Virus record (IMG/VR): IMGVR_UViG_3300005918_000018
DNA: 64,000 nt
Source: a virus
Taxonomy: Duplodnaviria > Heunggongvirae > Uroviricota > Caudoviricetes
Reading direction: 5' to 3' (one strand)
Shown: positions 1-9,430 of the stretch, in pieces
How the letters are laid out: the number at the start of each line of letters is the position of its first letter
Numbering within the stretch: the stretch's first letter is position 1
Notes under the pieces: generated by a model
The model's input: only the letters and a program-made list of their open reading frames with translations
Told to the model about the DNA's origin: nothing
Databases searched by the model: none
Translations under genes and position numbers: made by a program

Positions 1-112
1 ACAACAGTTATCTACTCAAAGAATAGATTGATCCGTTACTTATCCTGTAGTCGGGCTGTCGCCCTTAATTGCGTATCCTAAAGGTTTACCTTGTAGGTTG
101 TCAAGTTTATTT

Positions 113-1171
113 TTAAATTCGTTTCTTTTCAGGGAGGATACTATCAACACTTGTAAGATCTAAACGTGGGAACACCAGACCTTTAAGAATGAAATAATCC
201 TCTAAGAAATGAATCAAAGGGATGTTACGTCTGAAATCTGTAAAGAATTTCCTCCAAGCTTTTCTCCAATGTGCTCCTACAGGTTGGGGGTTTATCCCAA
301 CAATTTTAGCAATTTCTTGTTTTTTAAGTGTTTTCTTATGTTCTATAGCATCCAACCAAACATTCATAACAGCTTCTTGTCCTGTACCACCCCAAGATTT
401 TCTCATATAAGCTCTAATCTTTTTACCTGCTGGGTTATTCATATCATCAAGAATGATACGAGTAAGGAAAGCCAGAGAATCTTTTTCTTTTCGTTTTTTA
501 TCAGCAGGACTCTCACCTATAGGGGTTGCATCAGAATCTTCTTGGATATGTTTCCGTTGTTTGAAAATAGGTTTATTTTTATCCCCTTTACTACGATCTT
601 TATTTTTTGTTATCTGTTTAGTTTTGACTGCTTCAGTGACAACTTCATCCGTAACCCATTTACTTAGAACACCGGCAGCAATCTGTTTGGGGGTTTCTCT
701 ACCTGATAGGATTTTCTTGGAGCCTATTTTCCCAGCTTCATAAGCTTTTTTTTTCTTAGGGCTTAGATCTTTGGCAATACCCATCAGAACTGCTTGAATA
801 ATATCATCAGCCTCAGTGTTCACACCATGTTTATTGATGAAGTTCTCAACTTTATTGTAAAGGATTCTGAACATCCCAGTATTTCCGGGTTCTAACCACT
901 CAGGGTTCAAAGCAGTTCCCTCAGCAGCTTCTTTAGCCCCTGCTAATCCTGCACGGCCTCTGGTCCACCAGATTCCTTCACGAACACCGAAGGCTCCCTC
1001 CAGAATTTGAAGGCGGAAGAACAGGTCATAGTCTCTAGCATTAGACATCAAGTTGGCTAAAAGCCACCTGACGGCAACTTTATCAGAGGCAATCCTGCTT
1101 CTATATTGAAGCATATGGTGGAGAATGTTATGGGCTGTAAGCTGGTTCATTTTAATTCCTTTCATAAACAA
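113..1171 (-). CDS. putative sigma-70-like factor / HTH regulator (weak)
   Basis: 352 aa. 'GIWWTRGRAGLAGA' resembles sigma region 2.3-2.4 (WW aromatic patch). The C-terminal 'TLKKQEIAKIVGINPQPVGAHWRKAW' resembles a region-4 HTH. The true start is probably an internal Met (MNQLT..). Confidence 0.3.
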   Translation of the reverse strand: MFMKGIKMNQLTAHNILHHMLQYRSRIASDKVAVRWLLANLMSNARDYDLFFRLQILEGAFGVREGIWWTRGRAGLAGAKEAAEGTALNPEWLEPGNTGMFRILYNKVENFINKHGVNTEADDIIQAVLMGIAKDLSPKKKKAYEAGKIGSKKILSGRETPKQIAAGVLSKWVTDEVVTEAVKTKQITKNKDRSKGDKNKPIFKQRKHIQEDSDATPIGESPADKKRKEKDSLAFLTRIILDDMNNPAGKKIRAYMRKSWGGTGQEAVMNVWLDAIEHKKTLKKQEIAKIVGINPQPVGAHWRKAWRKFFTDFRRNIPLIHFLEDYFILKGLVFPRLDLTSVDSILPEKKRI

Positions 1172-1371
1172 TACTCACTAGAAGAAAAATATAAGGTTTC
1201 AACCGAATATAGATATTTTTAGTTGACTTTATTTTTTTGATGCTTTAAAGTGCCTGAAGCTGTTATAAAGGACCCGCTCATAAACTAATTAGCACAGTCC
1301 TTGAATGACTCATACTAACCCTATCCGAGGCAAAATCCAATTTATGGTGTTGCCTGAAGGAGAGACGAACG

Positions 1372-2454
1372 ATGGCTTGTGTTAAGACTGTACTACCCCC
1401 TTCTGCACTTGAACTCCGAAGACATTTTTTCATGGTACTGGGAACCCTATCAGGGTGGAAAACCGGCGTGTTTATCAATCACGAGATGGCCAAACGGGCT
1501 GTGGTTGAACATGCTGGGTATGACCCTGATAACCTTGCTCAATACGGCAACCCTGAAGATGGTTGGCGTATGGACGGAGGCCATGCTTCTTTTAAATGTT
1601 TTGGACGACGCATTTGGGATGTATTTCGTAGAGGTTATTGGCTGCAGAAAACACCTCTTACTGAAAAAGGTCCTAAACGAGGTCAATGGGGATTGACCAC
1701 TACAGGATTAGAACTGTCCCGGAGTTATGCAGGACTTCGACAGATAGGTAATAGCACTGCTCAATTCCTCGACCAACGCCTAAAGGAAACAGGAGGGGTT
1801 AATGGAGTGTTCTGGGGAACACTTCGAGCTGCCGTTGCTTCTAAATTCCCGATCTCTAATAAAGCTGGGCTTTTGGATGACCATATCCAAACTTACATGA
1901 TGAGAGTTATCGGTAGAGACGGACTCAGAAATAAAATTGCCGAAGGTAAAATCATTACCGATACACACATTGCTTCCTATGTGGTCAATTCTGCAAGGAA
2001 CGATATTCGAGATGCTGCTATTAATCCTGTTACCAGAGAACTTTACGGGGCAAGAACTGCTAAAGAACGTGCAGGAGAAACCAAGGTGAAGAGTTCTTGT
2101 AACACTTGTGGTATTACTTGGGATAGAGATGAAGGCTGTTGGGATGATATTATTGAACCTACTGTTGGAGATGCACTTGAAGCTAAAATGAGTTTTGAAG
2201 TCGTCTGGGGAAAAATCGAAAGTTCAATCAAACACCGATACCCCAAAGGATGGCCTCGTTACATGAAAATCCTCAAACTCAAAGCTGATGGAGATTCTCA
2301 TTCTGAAATTGCTACTTCTATGAAAATCTCTTTCGGTGAGGTTCTTAGTGCTTTGGCAAAAATCCAACTATGCCTTAATAAAGTACAGAGTTGGTATATT
2401 GACCCTGTAACCAAAAAAGAGAATGTTGGGGATAAGATATTTTATAACGTGTAG
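1372..2454 (+). CDS. putative sigma-like / HTH protein (weak)
   Basis: 360 aa. RBS AAGGAG 8 nt upstream of the ATG. The C-terminal 'DSHSEIATSMKISFGEVLSALAKIQ' resembles a sigma region-4 HTH. Divergent from 113..1171. Confidence 0.25.
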   Translation: MACVKTVLPPSALELRRHFFMVLGTLSGWKTGVFINHEMAKRAVVEHAGYDPDNLAQYGNPEDGWRMDGGHASFKCFGRRIWDVFRRGYWLQKTPLTEKGPKRGQWGLTTTGLELSRSYAGLRQIGNSTAQFLDQRLKETGGVNGVFWGTLRAAVASKFPISNKAGLLDDHIQTYMMRVIGRDGLRNKIAEGKIITDTHIASYVVNSARNDIRDAAINPVTRELYGARTAKERAGETKVKSSCNTCGITWDRDEGCWDDIIEPTVGDALEAKMSFEVVWGKIESSIKHRYPKGWPRYMKILKLKADGDSHSEIATSMKISFGEVLSALAKIQLCLNKVQSWYIDPVTKKENVGDKIFYNV

Positions 2455-2543
2455 GTTCGTAGGATGGTCCCTATGGGCTGATAACTAAAAATATGCCCCA
2501 CAGTCTATCTGGATTTTTCCAGTAGGCTGTGGGGCTAGTTTTG

Positions 2544-5420
2544 TTAGATTTCAAACTTTAACCAATCTCGGACTGAGTTTGGCTGAGAAGCTTTTTTGGA
2601 TACTTTGCCGTCAGGATAACTTGCATGAAGCATTCGGGAGTACATGCACTTGGCTTCTTTGCTATGTTGTTTGAGGAATCCAGTGATGTTGGCATGATGC
2701 TCTGAGCGTCTCTTATGCAAGTCAGATGCATAATGGCCGATCTCTACTCGAAGTGAATTACACATTTTCATACCAAGAGTGGCTGTCTTAGGACGGAAAC
2801 CATAGAGTCCATTCCGACGGCCTTCAACACCTTTACTGGCAATCTTGGGTCCAACACCCTTCATAGCTTCAACAAGGATCTTAGCAGGCAGGCTGTCAGC
2901 TCGTTTTGCATGAGCTGATAAAAATGCTGACACATCATTGTCTTTATTCCAAGCCATCTTAGCTAATTTCGATGCTGTTCTGGTAGTCTTTCGGATACAG
3001 GCTTCACAATCACCCTGGATTTTCCGAGTGTAGCCGTACAAACCTGATGGGGATTTGGCTGCTTGTTTATTGAAGACACCGCCTAAACTTTCACCTTCTC
3101 CTGTAGGAATGGTGATTTGACCACTCTCTTTATTTACTATAAGGAGATTACGGCTGATCTGGTGTTTGAATTTCCAATCTTTTTCGTCAGAACCTTCTAA
3201 CATGAACTCACTAGGTTCAACTTTGGTACGGTATTTACCGTCAAAAGTGGGGAGTCCTGTAGTTTTCAGAGCTTCTGAGAGCTGTTTGAAAGCAGTGTCA
3301 ATATCTTCACCTGTGTTATCAGCTTTCTTATCGGTGAAGTTGTTTCGGTTCTTGAGATTCTGAAGACGCCATTTTTTAGCATCTTCTTCACTCATGTTTT
3401 CAGTCGGGTCAGCAGGCTTGCCTTCTTCAAACTTGGATTCTAATCCATCATCAGAACGACGTTCATCCATTGGAGTTCTGTCCCAGATACCACCTAATTT
3501 TTCAATGTCCTGATCCATTTGGATCTCATATTCCAGGTCATCCATTGCAGTATGGAATGAAGACAGTTTAGTGTTTGTCTTTTTCTCAGCAGTCTCAATC
3601 AGACCCACCAAGATTTTCTGGTTTTTATTGTCCAAACCATCAAACCAAACTCTCATCTTAGCTCCCTGCCGAAGGGTTTTTCCTGTACTTTTTTCGTACT
3701 GACTCACCAGTTCTCTGGTATCAGCATACAAACTTTTCACAGAAACCAACAGGTTGTAAACATCATCAATGTCCATCCTGTAATAGGATGCAGGGGATTT
3801 GGCAGCTTCTTTGAACTTGTCTTTGTTCAATTCCTTCTGTTCTTTCCATTTCTTCTTATCTTCAGGACTCATGTTCTCAGTCGGGTCAGCAGGGACACCT
3901 TCTTCAAACCGAGCAGACATCTCATCCTCTTGGATGGCTCGACGGCTTTCTCTTTTCACTTTGTCTTCCCAAGCAAAAGCAGCCATATTCAACCAGAAAA
4001 TAACATCAGCAATCTCATCGAAATCATGAAGTTTTTTAATCCCCCCAGCTCTGGAAGCATCAGATGCTTTCCAGTCCCAGAATTCATCAGGCATTTTGAT
4101 TTTGTTGAATTGGTAAGCCTTTGGTGGGAATCTGGAAGCTATGATGTCTCGGACATCACCACAGGTTTTGGCTGTCTTGATTTCAGGTTCCATCCCTGGC
4201 ATCAGGCTTCCTGGACCTTCGGGGAGTCTATCTTCTTCAGTTTGAATGATTTCCCCGGCAGTTAGGTTTTGAAGTTCATCCATAGCTGTCATAGTATTTT
4301 CCTCTTGGGCAAATTTCATATTCCCAGCAGGTTGTTGAATAGCTGATTTAAAGAACGTGATGAAATCTCTATGGAGTTTTAGATAACCATAGAAGGTATC
4401 ATTATTTTCGAAGTTGAAGTTTTGATAGTCTACTTTAACACTACCTTCAATCTCAGCATCTTTGAGCCACTGTTTAGCACTGCTGAGATTAAACTCCGTA
4501 ACATCCTCTAATTTCCCTATTGTGAGCCAAGGTTCGGCATCTTCCCACTCACCATCACCAGGAACCCAATCACTGTTGGGGTCTCCATTGTAGCTCGTGG
4601 GTTTGGAAGGTGATCGGTCATGAGCTGTTTCTAAACCATCATCATAATTGACAGGACCACCATGTTTAATAACCCCGAAATTCTTGATTACCTGATAATG
4701 TCCGTTAACAACAACACCCACGTTTTGGATGGTAATTTTATTGTTAGGTAAATTACCCTCATCCTCATCCCCCTCTATATCTTTAGGTCGGACAACAGGT
4801 TTAGGCACGATGAACCGAGCTCTACCTGAGAGGACGATATACAGATATGGCATATGAGCTGATTGTTTGCTCTCACTAGTAAGTTCTTTCAATTCATCAT
4901 AAGCAGTTATAGTATTTTCCCTTTGGGAGCCTAACCGTAGATACCAACCTGTGTGCTTCTCAAAAACCTTTACCAGTTGGTCAAAATAGACATTTTTGAA
5001 TTCTTTGATTTTTCTAGCACCTTTGGAAGGAGTGGTATATGAGAACTCTAAGTCGTAAAGGTCCATACCATTCAATGTGATTTCAAGGGTGTTACCTGTC
5101 TTGGAAGGCTTTCTGGCAGGCCATTGAAACCAAATCCCTTTTGGCCTTGCTACGACCCGTTTCACACCGAGAAACATTTTAAGTTTTCGAAGACCGCCCA
5201 GTTGTTCTATGATAGTCTTAGCAATCTGATTTGCTTGCTTTGAGGAAGGGCTGGCTTTCTTGAGCAGATCACCATACTCATCATTCATCTCCACCCATTT
5301 CTCAGCAGCTTCAGGATTCCCGTGTTCTTTGAGGTACTTAGGAACGTCCACTGGTTTCCCTTTGGGGTGTCGGCTGACTCGTTCCAGCTCTTTTAGAGCT
5401 TCTTTGGTAGATTTGCTCAT
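2544..5420 (-). CDS. large hypothetical protein with internal tandem repeats
   Basis: 958 aa. Two ~60-aa internal repeats ('FEEG[VK]PADPTENMS.ED.KKW..Q'). No recognisable catalytic motif. First gene of a long minus-strand operon (2544-8782). Confidence 0.5.
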   Translation of the reverse strand: MSKSTKEALKELERVSRHPKGKPVDVPKYLKEHGNPEAAEKWVEMNDEYGDLLKKASPSSKQANQIAKTIIEQLGGLRKLKMFLGVKRVVARPKGIWFQWPARKPSKTGNTLEITLNGMDLYDLEFSYTTPSKGARKIKEFKNVYFDQLVKVFEKHTGWYLRLGSQRENTITAYDELKELTSESKQSAHMPYLYIVLSGRARFIVPKPVVRPKDIEGDEDEGNLPNNKITIQNVGVVVNGHYQVIKNFGVIKHGGPVNYDDGLETAHDRSPSKPTSYNGDPNSDWVPGDGEWEDAEPWLTIGKLEDVTEFNLSSAKQWLKDAEIEGSVKVDYQNFNFENNDTFYGYLKLHRDFITFFKSAIQQPAGNMKFAQEENTMTAMDELQNLTAGEIIQTEEDRLPEGPGSLMPGMEPEIKTAKTCGDVRDIIASRFPPKAYQFNKIKMPDEFWDWKASDASRAGGIKKLHDFDEIADVIFWLNMAAFAWEDKVKRESRRAIQEDEMSARFEEGVPADPTENMSPEDKKKWKEQKELNKDKFKEAAKSPASYYRMDIDDVYNLLVSVKSLYADTRELVSQYEKSTGKTLRQGAKMRVWFDGLDNKNQKILVGLIETAEKKTNTKLSSFHTAMDDLEYEIQMDQDIEKLGGIWDRTPMDERRSDDGLESKFEEGKPADPTENMSEEDAKKWRLQNLKNRNNFTDKKADNTGEDIDTAFKQLSEALKTTGLPTFDGKYRTKVEPSEFMLEGSDEKDWKFKHQISRNLLIVNKESGQITIPTGEGESLGGVFNKQAAKSPSGLYGYTRKIQGDCEACIRKTTRTASKLAKMAWNKDNDVSAFLSAHAKRADSLPAKILVEAMKGVGPKIASKGVEGRRNGLYGFRPKTATLGMKMCNSLRVEIGHYASDLHKRRSEHHANITGFLKQHSKEAKCMYSRMLHASYPDGKVSKKASQPNSVRDWLKFEI

Positions 5421-6787
5421 TGGTTTCTCCGTTTAATCCAACGCTGGCCGAGTATCTCGGTAGCAGTTAAATGATTTTCTACATTTGCCATTTTATATTT
5501 TTTCATCGTTTTCTGAAGGATATTTTTTTGTTTAAAACTCAGGCTTTTACTATACACTAACTGGGCAAGAATGTTTTTCAGAAACTTAGTTTCCCACGGT
5601 GTCCCAGTTTTCTTATCTAACAGCTTTTGTATATCTTTAATTTGTGCTTTTTGGTTCTGTGGTCCTCGGTTAGAAGGGGCACGTGGTAAATCTTTCAGTG
5701 AGTATGTTCCTCCGCTGTATTGACGACCGACATACCAAGTATCACCCTCGTCATTATGGGCATAACCTTTATTATCAACTGATATCTCATAAGCAGTTTT
5801 AGTAAGAGTATTTTCTTCCTCTGAGATCGTCATCGTTTCACCCTTGTTCTTAGGGCAAAGGTCATTATTGTAAGGGCTGTTTTTACGACATAGAGGGTTT
5901 GTGTCCCTCGAAGCTGTTACCTGTTTACCATCAGGAGTAATCTCCGTCATTACAGCACAGGCTGGGCGACGTACCAAGTAATCCGGCCATTTCTCAAACC
6001 ACTTGTGGTAAAACTCATCTTTTGGAACAATACGGACGGTTTCTTCCGGGTCAGGGATATTAGGATCTGCAACGGATACGTTCCCGTCGGCATCCACATC
6101 GAATACAACAGAAGCATGTGACCAGTCACGGCCTTCGGGATTCCAAGCAATCATTACAGGAATCCCTTTGTCAGTCCATTCTTTCAACTGAGGGACAGTG
6201 CAAGGAGTTACCAATACTGTTCGGAAACCGAAATGTTGTGAAGCAGCTATGACATTTTCCCAAGCTGCTCCCTGCATGGGAGCAGCCCCCATGATTTTGT
6301 TGACTGTGTCTTCATTCAATTCAGGACGGCCAAGAGCTTGAAGGCACATCGTAAGAGAAGTGGCCATACAAGTGTATTGGGTCCGTTGCCTGACGGGAGT
6401 GACATTAGCTTTAGCAAGTTTTATGTTTTTGTAATTTATTTTGTTTTGGCCTTTTAAAATAATATAACCTTTATTCACTTTGGTTATTTTATCCTTATCA
6501 TTTTTTGTTATGATAGCCATCCAAATCTTATTTGTATCAGCATCTTTATCAAAACCTTTTACATTCATATGATTAAGATAATAAAATATTTGTTTTGTTA
6601 TGTTTGATTTACGAAAATCCATATTTTGAACAACAAAGTAGTAGCCTTTTGAATCAATGAAATGAAAACCATTATCAAAAACAGCATAGTTATCTGTGTC
6701 AGCATCTTTAAACATTACTACATTTACTTGACCTTTTTTTATATGGGAACCCCAAATATTTTGAGGGGTTTTAGCTTTTCGTTTCAT
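5417..6787 (-). CDS. hypothetical protein with C39-like (papain-fold) cysteine peptidase domain
   Basis: 456 aa. 'QYTCMATSLTMCLQAL' gives a Q..C oxyanion/catalytic pair, with a downstream His (WSHASVV) and Asp/Asn, as in the bacteriocin-processing C39 family. Confidence 0.4.
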   Translation of the reverse strand: MKRKAKTPQNIWGSHIKKGQVNVVMFKDADTDNYAVFDNGFHFIDSKGYYFVVQNMDFRKSNITKQIFYYLNHMNVKGFDKDADTNKIWMAIITKNDKDKITKVNKGYIILKGQNKINYKNIKLAKANVTPVRQRTQYTCMATSLTMCLQALGRPELNEDTVNKIMGAAPMQGAAWENVIAASQHFGFRTVLVTPCTVPQLKEWTDKGIPVMIAWNPEGRDWSHASVVFDVDADGNVSVADPNIPDPEETVRIVPKDEFYHKWFEKWPDYLVRRPACAVMTEITPDGKQVTASRDTNPLCRKNSPYNNDLCPKNKGETMTISEEENTLTKTAYEISVDNKGYAHNDEGDTWYVGRQYSGGTYSLKDLPRAPSNRGPQNQKAQIKDIQKLLDKKTGTPWETKFLKNILAQLVYSKSLSFKQKNILQKTMKKYKMANVENHLTATEILGQRWIKRRNQ

Positions 6788-6800
6788 ACGTGTACTCCGA

Positions 6801-7106
6801 TCATTTTAATTTGTTAGCAGCATCACTGATAATTTTAGCTGCTTTTTCTTCACCCGCAAAACCCAAAGTACTCGACAGGAATTTTAACAACATCCAAGAT
6901 TCGGATGCCATCTGCTCGGAGTCTTTTAGTTTCAGAGAATGTTCGATGTATTTAAGAGACCTTTTAACAGACCAAAGGCTATTTTTAGCATCTGCCCACT
7001 TGGTACCACCCTCTTTTAGGAGAGGAATAATTTTTGCCCGAAGCTCCGGTTTATCATTGGCCAGTTTTATTAAGCGTTCTTTAAGTTCCATGTTTAATCC
7101 CACCAT
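6801..7106 (-). CDS. small paralogous protein family member (ENPELRxHLIPLLK motif)
   Basis: 101 aa. Shares 'LAN.KPELRAKIIPLLK' with 7094..7339 and 15760..16110. Confidence 0.5.
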   Translation of the reverse strand: MVGLNMELKERLIKLANDKPELRAKIIPLLKEGGTKWADAKNSLWSVKRSLKYIEHSLKLKDSEQMASESWMLLKFLSSTLGFAGEEKAAKIISDAANKLK

Positions 7107-7339
7107 AGTCTGAATAGACCTTTGTTAGAGCCACTAGTTTCAATATAAGCATCATCAGCATCTGCCGGTGTTAATCCCATGTGTTTTTTCAACAGGGATG
7201 GGTTCAGACTGAAAGCTGCCACATGTTGTTTTATCAGAGGGATTAAGTGTGACCTGGTTTCAGGGTGTTCAGAGGCTATTTTGAGAACTTTAGCCGTCAA
7301 AGAAGTTCCTACTATGTTTTGTTTATCATCGAAAATCAT
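7094..7339 (-). CDS. small paralogous protein family member
   Basis: 81 aa. 'IASEHPETRSHLIPLIK' motif. Overlaps the neighbouring paralog by 13 nt. Confidence 0.5.
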   Translation of the reverse strand: MIFDDKQNIVGTSLTAKVLKIASEHPETRSHLIPLIKQHVAAFSLNPSLLKKHMGLTPADADDAYIETSGSNKGLFRLWWD

Positions 7340-7348
7340 TAAGTTCTC

Positions 7349-8782
7349 CTATATGGATTTAGCCTGGTCTTTCAAGTAGTCAGGATAGTTTCTCTTTATA
7401 GTGTCTTTTATAGTCTTAATACCAGCCCGATCCTTGGTCAAGGAAAAAGCAGCTATCCCATGAATGGCTAAAGTCATTACATCCCAATCATGGCGGTTAG
7501 CAATGCTTGAAACAACACTATGATCTATCTCATAAGTAGGTTCGTCCCAGAGATCCCCAGCTAATTTGTGCCAGTTGGCATCTTCCAGGATGTCAGCAGT
7601 ATAAGCTCGAACAGTAGAGGGGTCTTTCTTTGCCACCATGTATAAGCCTCTTGCTGATGCCATCTCAGCCTGAACCATACGTTTCAGTACCTGAGCCTCG
7701 GTTTCTTTTTTCTTTTTACCGGGAACACCAACAGATAACTCACTAGCTAACAGCTTTGCTAAAAGTCTTTCAAGTTTGGATGCTGCACCTGTTTGACGGC
7801 TTTTCTTGAGAAGTTCTACAGCTATAGTTGCTGCAATAATAGCACCACCAGTTTTTCTAATTAAGCTGGCATATTTCTTTGACAAGCTATGAGTATTAAG
7901 CATTTCCCCATGCTCTACTGGTCCTATTTGTTCAAGTAGTTTGAAGGTGCTGTTGACCAGTTGGGTATCTCTAGGTTTGAGATCACCAAACATAGCCACA
8001 ATAAACCCACTAACAAAGGCTTTTGCATAAGGAGCTTTGTCTGCTGTAGGGTCTTGCTGTTGATATTTCAAGAGATATAGGAAGATAGCTCCTACCATCT
8101 GTTTTACCAGAGGGACATAAAGATCAAAAGGACCAGCAGCAGCTTGTTTCATTATCCATTGAGCTGCCAAGCTGTTGGCATTTTTCCATTTTCGTTTTTT
8201 GTCAGGGTCTGATTTTTTAGCATCTCCCATATTGACAATTTCTTCAGGAAGAATTTTTGACCTTGTAGCTTTCTCCCAATCTCGTCGGGCAGCAAGGTCA
8301 ATAGGATTTCCTGAATTCCCGTTAAGGTGTGATCTCCACCAAAAATATATGTAGGATTCAGTAGCCATTTCTTCAACACTTTTATTCAGACGTTCTTTGA
8401 GCATGTCGATACTCATACCGCTTGCTGGCCATTCATCTGGATTTTCAGCATATTTATGCGTTTCAGCCCATTTTTTGTTTTCACGGGCTGTTTTCTCTAT
8501 CCATACCCAAGCTTTCCGATCAACAGGACGTATTTCACCATCCCACATCCGTAGCTTTGAAGGCATAGATGCTTTTTTCTTCCTGCTTCTCCAGCCAGGA
8601 TCAATTTTATCGTTCAAGCTGGCACAGAAAGCTCCGGGATTATCAATCTTCCCTTCCATTTTCTTAATGCAGGCAGTCACTTTATGTTTTTTATCCCCTG
8701 TTAATGAAGACCAGAACTTCTTGAGAGAGTCCTGAGTCCAACCTTTGGGGAGTGAATTCCATTTATCGGCATGTCTTTCCAT
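7349..8782 (-). CDS. hypothetical protein
   Basis: 477-aa uninterrupted ORF, last in the minus-strand operon. Confidence 0.5.
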   Translation of the reverse strand: MERHADKWNSLPKGWTQDSLKKFWSSLTGDKKHKVTACIKKMEGKIDNPGAFCASLNDKIDPGWRSRKKKASMPSKLRMWDGEIRPVDRKAWVWIEKTARENKKWAETHKYAENPDEWPASGMSIDMLKERLNKSVEEMATESYIYFWWRSHLNGNSGNPIDLAARRDWEKATRSKILPEEIVNMGDAKKSDPDKKRKWKNANSLAAQWIMKQAAAGPFDLYVPLVKQMVGAIFLYLLKYQQQDPTADKAPYAKAFVSGFIVAMFGDLKPRDTQLVNSTFKLLEQIGPVEHGEMLNTHSLSKKYASLIRKTGGAIIAATIAVELLKKSRQTGAASKLERLLAKLLASELSVGVPGKKKKETEAQVLKRMVQAEMASARGLYMVAKKDPSTVRAYTADILEDANWHKLAGDLWDEPTYEIDHSVVSSIANRHDWDVMTLAIHGIAAFSLTKDRAGIKTIKDTIKRNYPDYLKDQAKSI

Positions 8783-8994
8783 GTCCTTATCTCCAGTTTT
8801 TCGTAAGTGATTTCAAGAGTTTAAACATTTTAAAGAAAAACGCTATTGGTCCTACTGTTACTATTTTAGTTTCTTTATCAGGACTCATTTACAAACTCCT
8901 AGTATAAATAATACTCTACCTAATGCTTTCCATAGGATAATCAGTGAGAATTGTGGGTACAATAACAAATAGAATATCAACTTTGGAGAAATAA

Positions 8995-9258
8995 ATGACT
9001 TATGAAGAATTAGTTGAAAACATAGCAGAGGTGTCAGGACACCCTATTGAGACAATAAAAGATATTATATGGGCCATCCCTGATATTCTTACCGATATGA
9101 AAGAAGGAGAGAGAACCTACACACCTATGGGGATTTTCCACATGCTCAGAACTAAGAAAAAAACAGTTATGATGCCAGACCAGTCAAGGGAAGTGCCTAT
9201 CAAGCCTAAGCTTTTAGTGAAATTAAGAGCTAATGATCGTATGAAAAGATTTATTTAA
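8995..9258 (+). CDS. HU/IHF-like DNA-binding protein
   Basis: 87 aa. The pattern 'GIFHMLRTKKKTVMMPDQSREVPIKPKLLVKLRANDRMK' matches the HU beta-arm (GxF.V..R..R.GRNP.T...I.A...P.FK.G..LK). Confidence 0.6.
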   Translation: MTYEELVENIAEVSGHPIETIKDIIWAIPDILTDMKEGERTYTPMGIFHMLRTKKKTVMMPDQSREVPIKPKLLVKLRANDRMKRFI

Positions 9259-9382
9259 ACCAGCCTGCTTCGTGAGCTTTAGAGAAAGCCAATGCACAAA
9301 GTCCCGGAATCAATAAAAAAGAAAAAGTCCAGAGTGCCCCACCAATGACAATGAATGCTCCTAAGATTTGAACAGCTAACAT
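9251..9382 (-). CDS. small hydrophobic membrane protein (unlisted ORF)
   Basis: 43 aa, MLAVQILGAFIVIGGALWTFSFLLIPGLCALAFSKAHEAGWFK. GGAGG RBS 7 nt upstream. Lies directly downstream of promoter-motif copy 9394-9430. Confidence 0.45.
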   Translation of the reverse strand: MLAVQILGAFIVIGGALWTFSFLLIPGLCALAFSKAHEAGWFK

Positions 9383-9393
9383 ATCAGATACCT

Positions 9394-9430
9394 CCTACTA
9401 CAACAACCCACAACCCAAAGAAACTAAGCT
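9394..9430 (-). promoter_or_regulatory. conserved phage promoter-like motif copy 1
   Basis: Plus-strand text CCTACTACAACAACCCACAA-N-AAACTAAGCT. The TAG stop of the GroEL gene lies inside the motif (GCTTAG). Confidence 0.55.
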
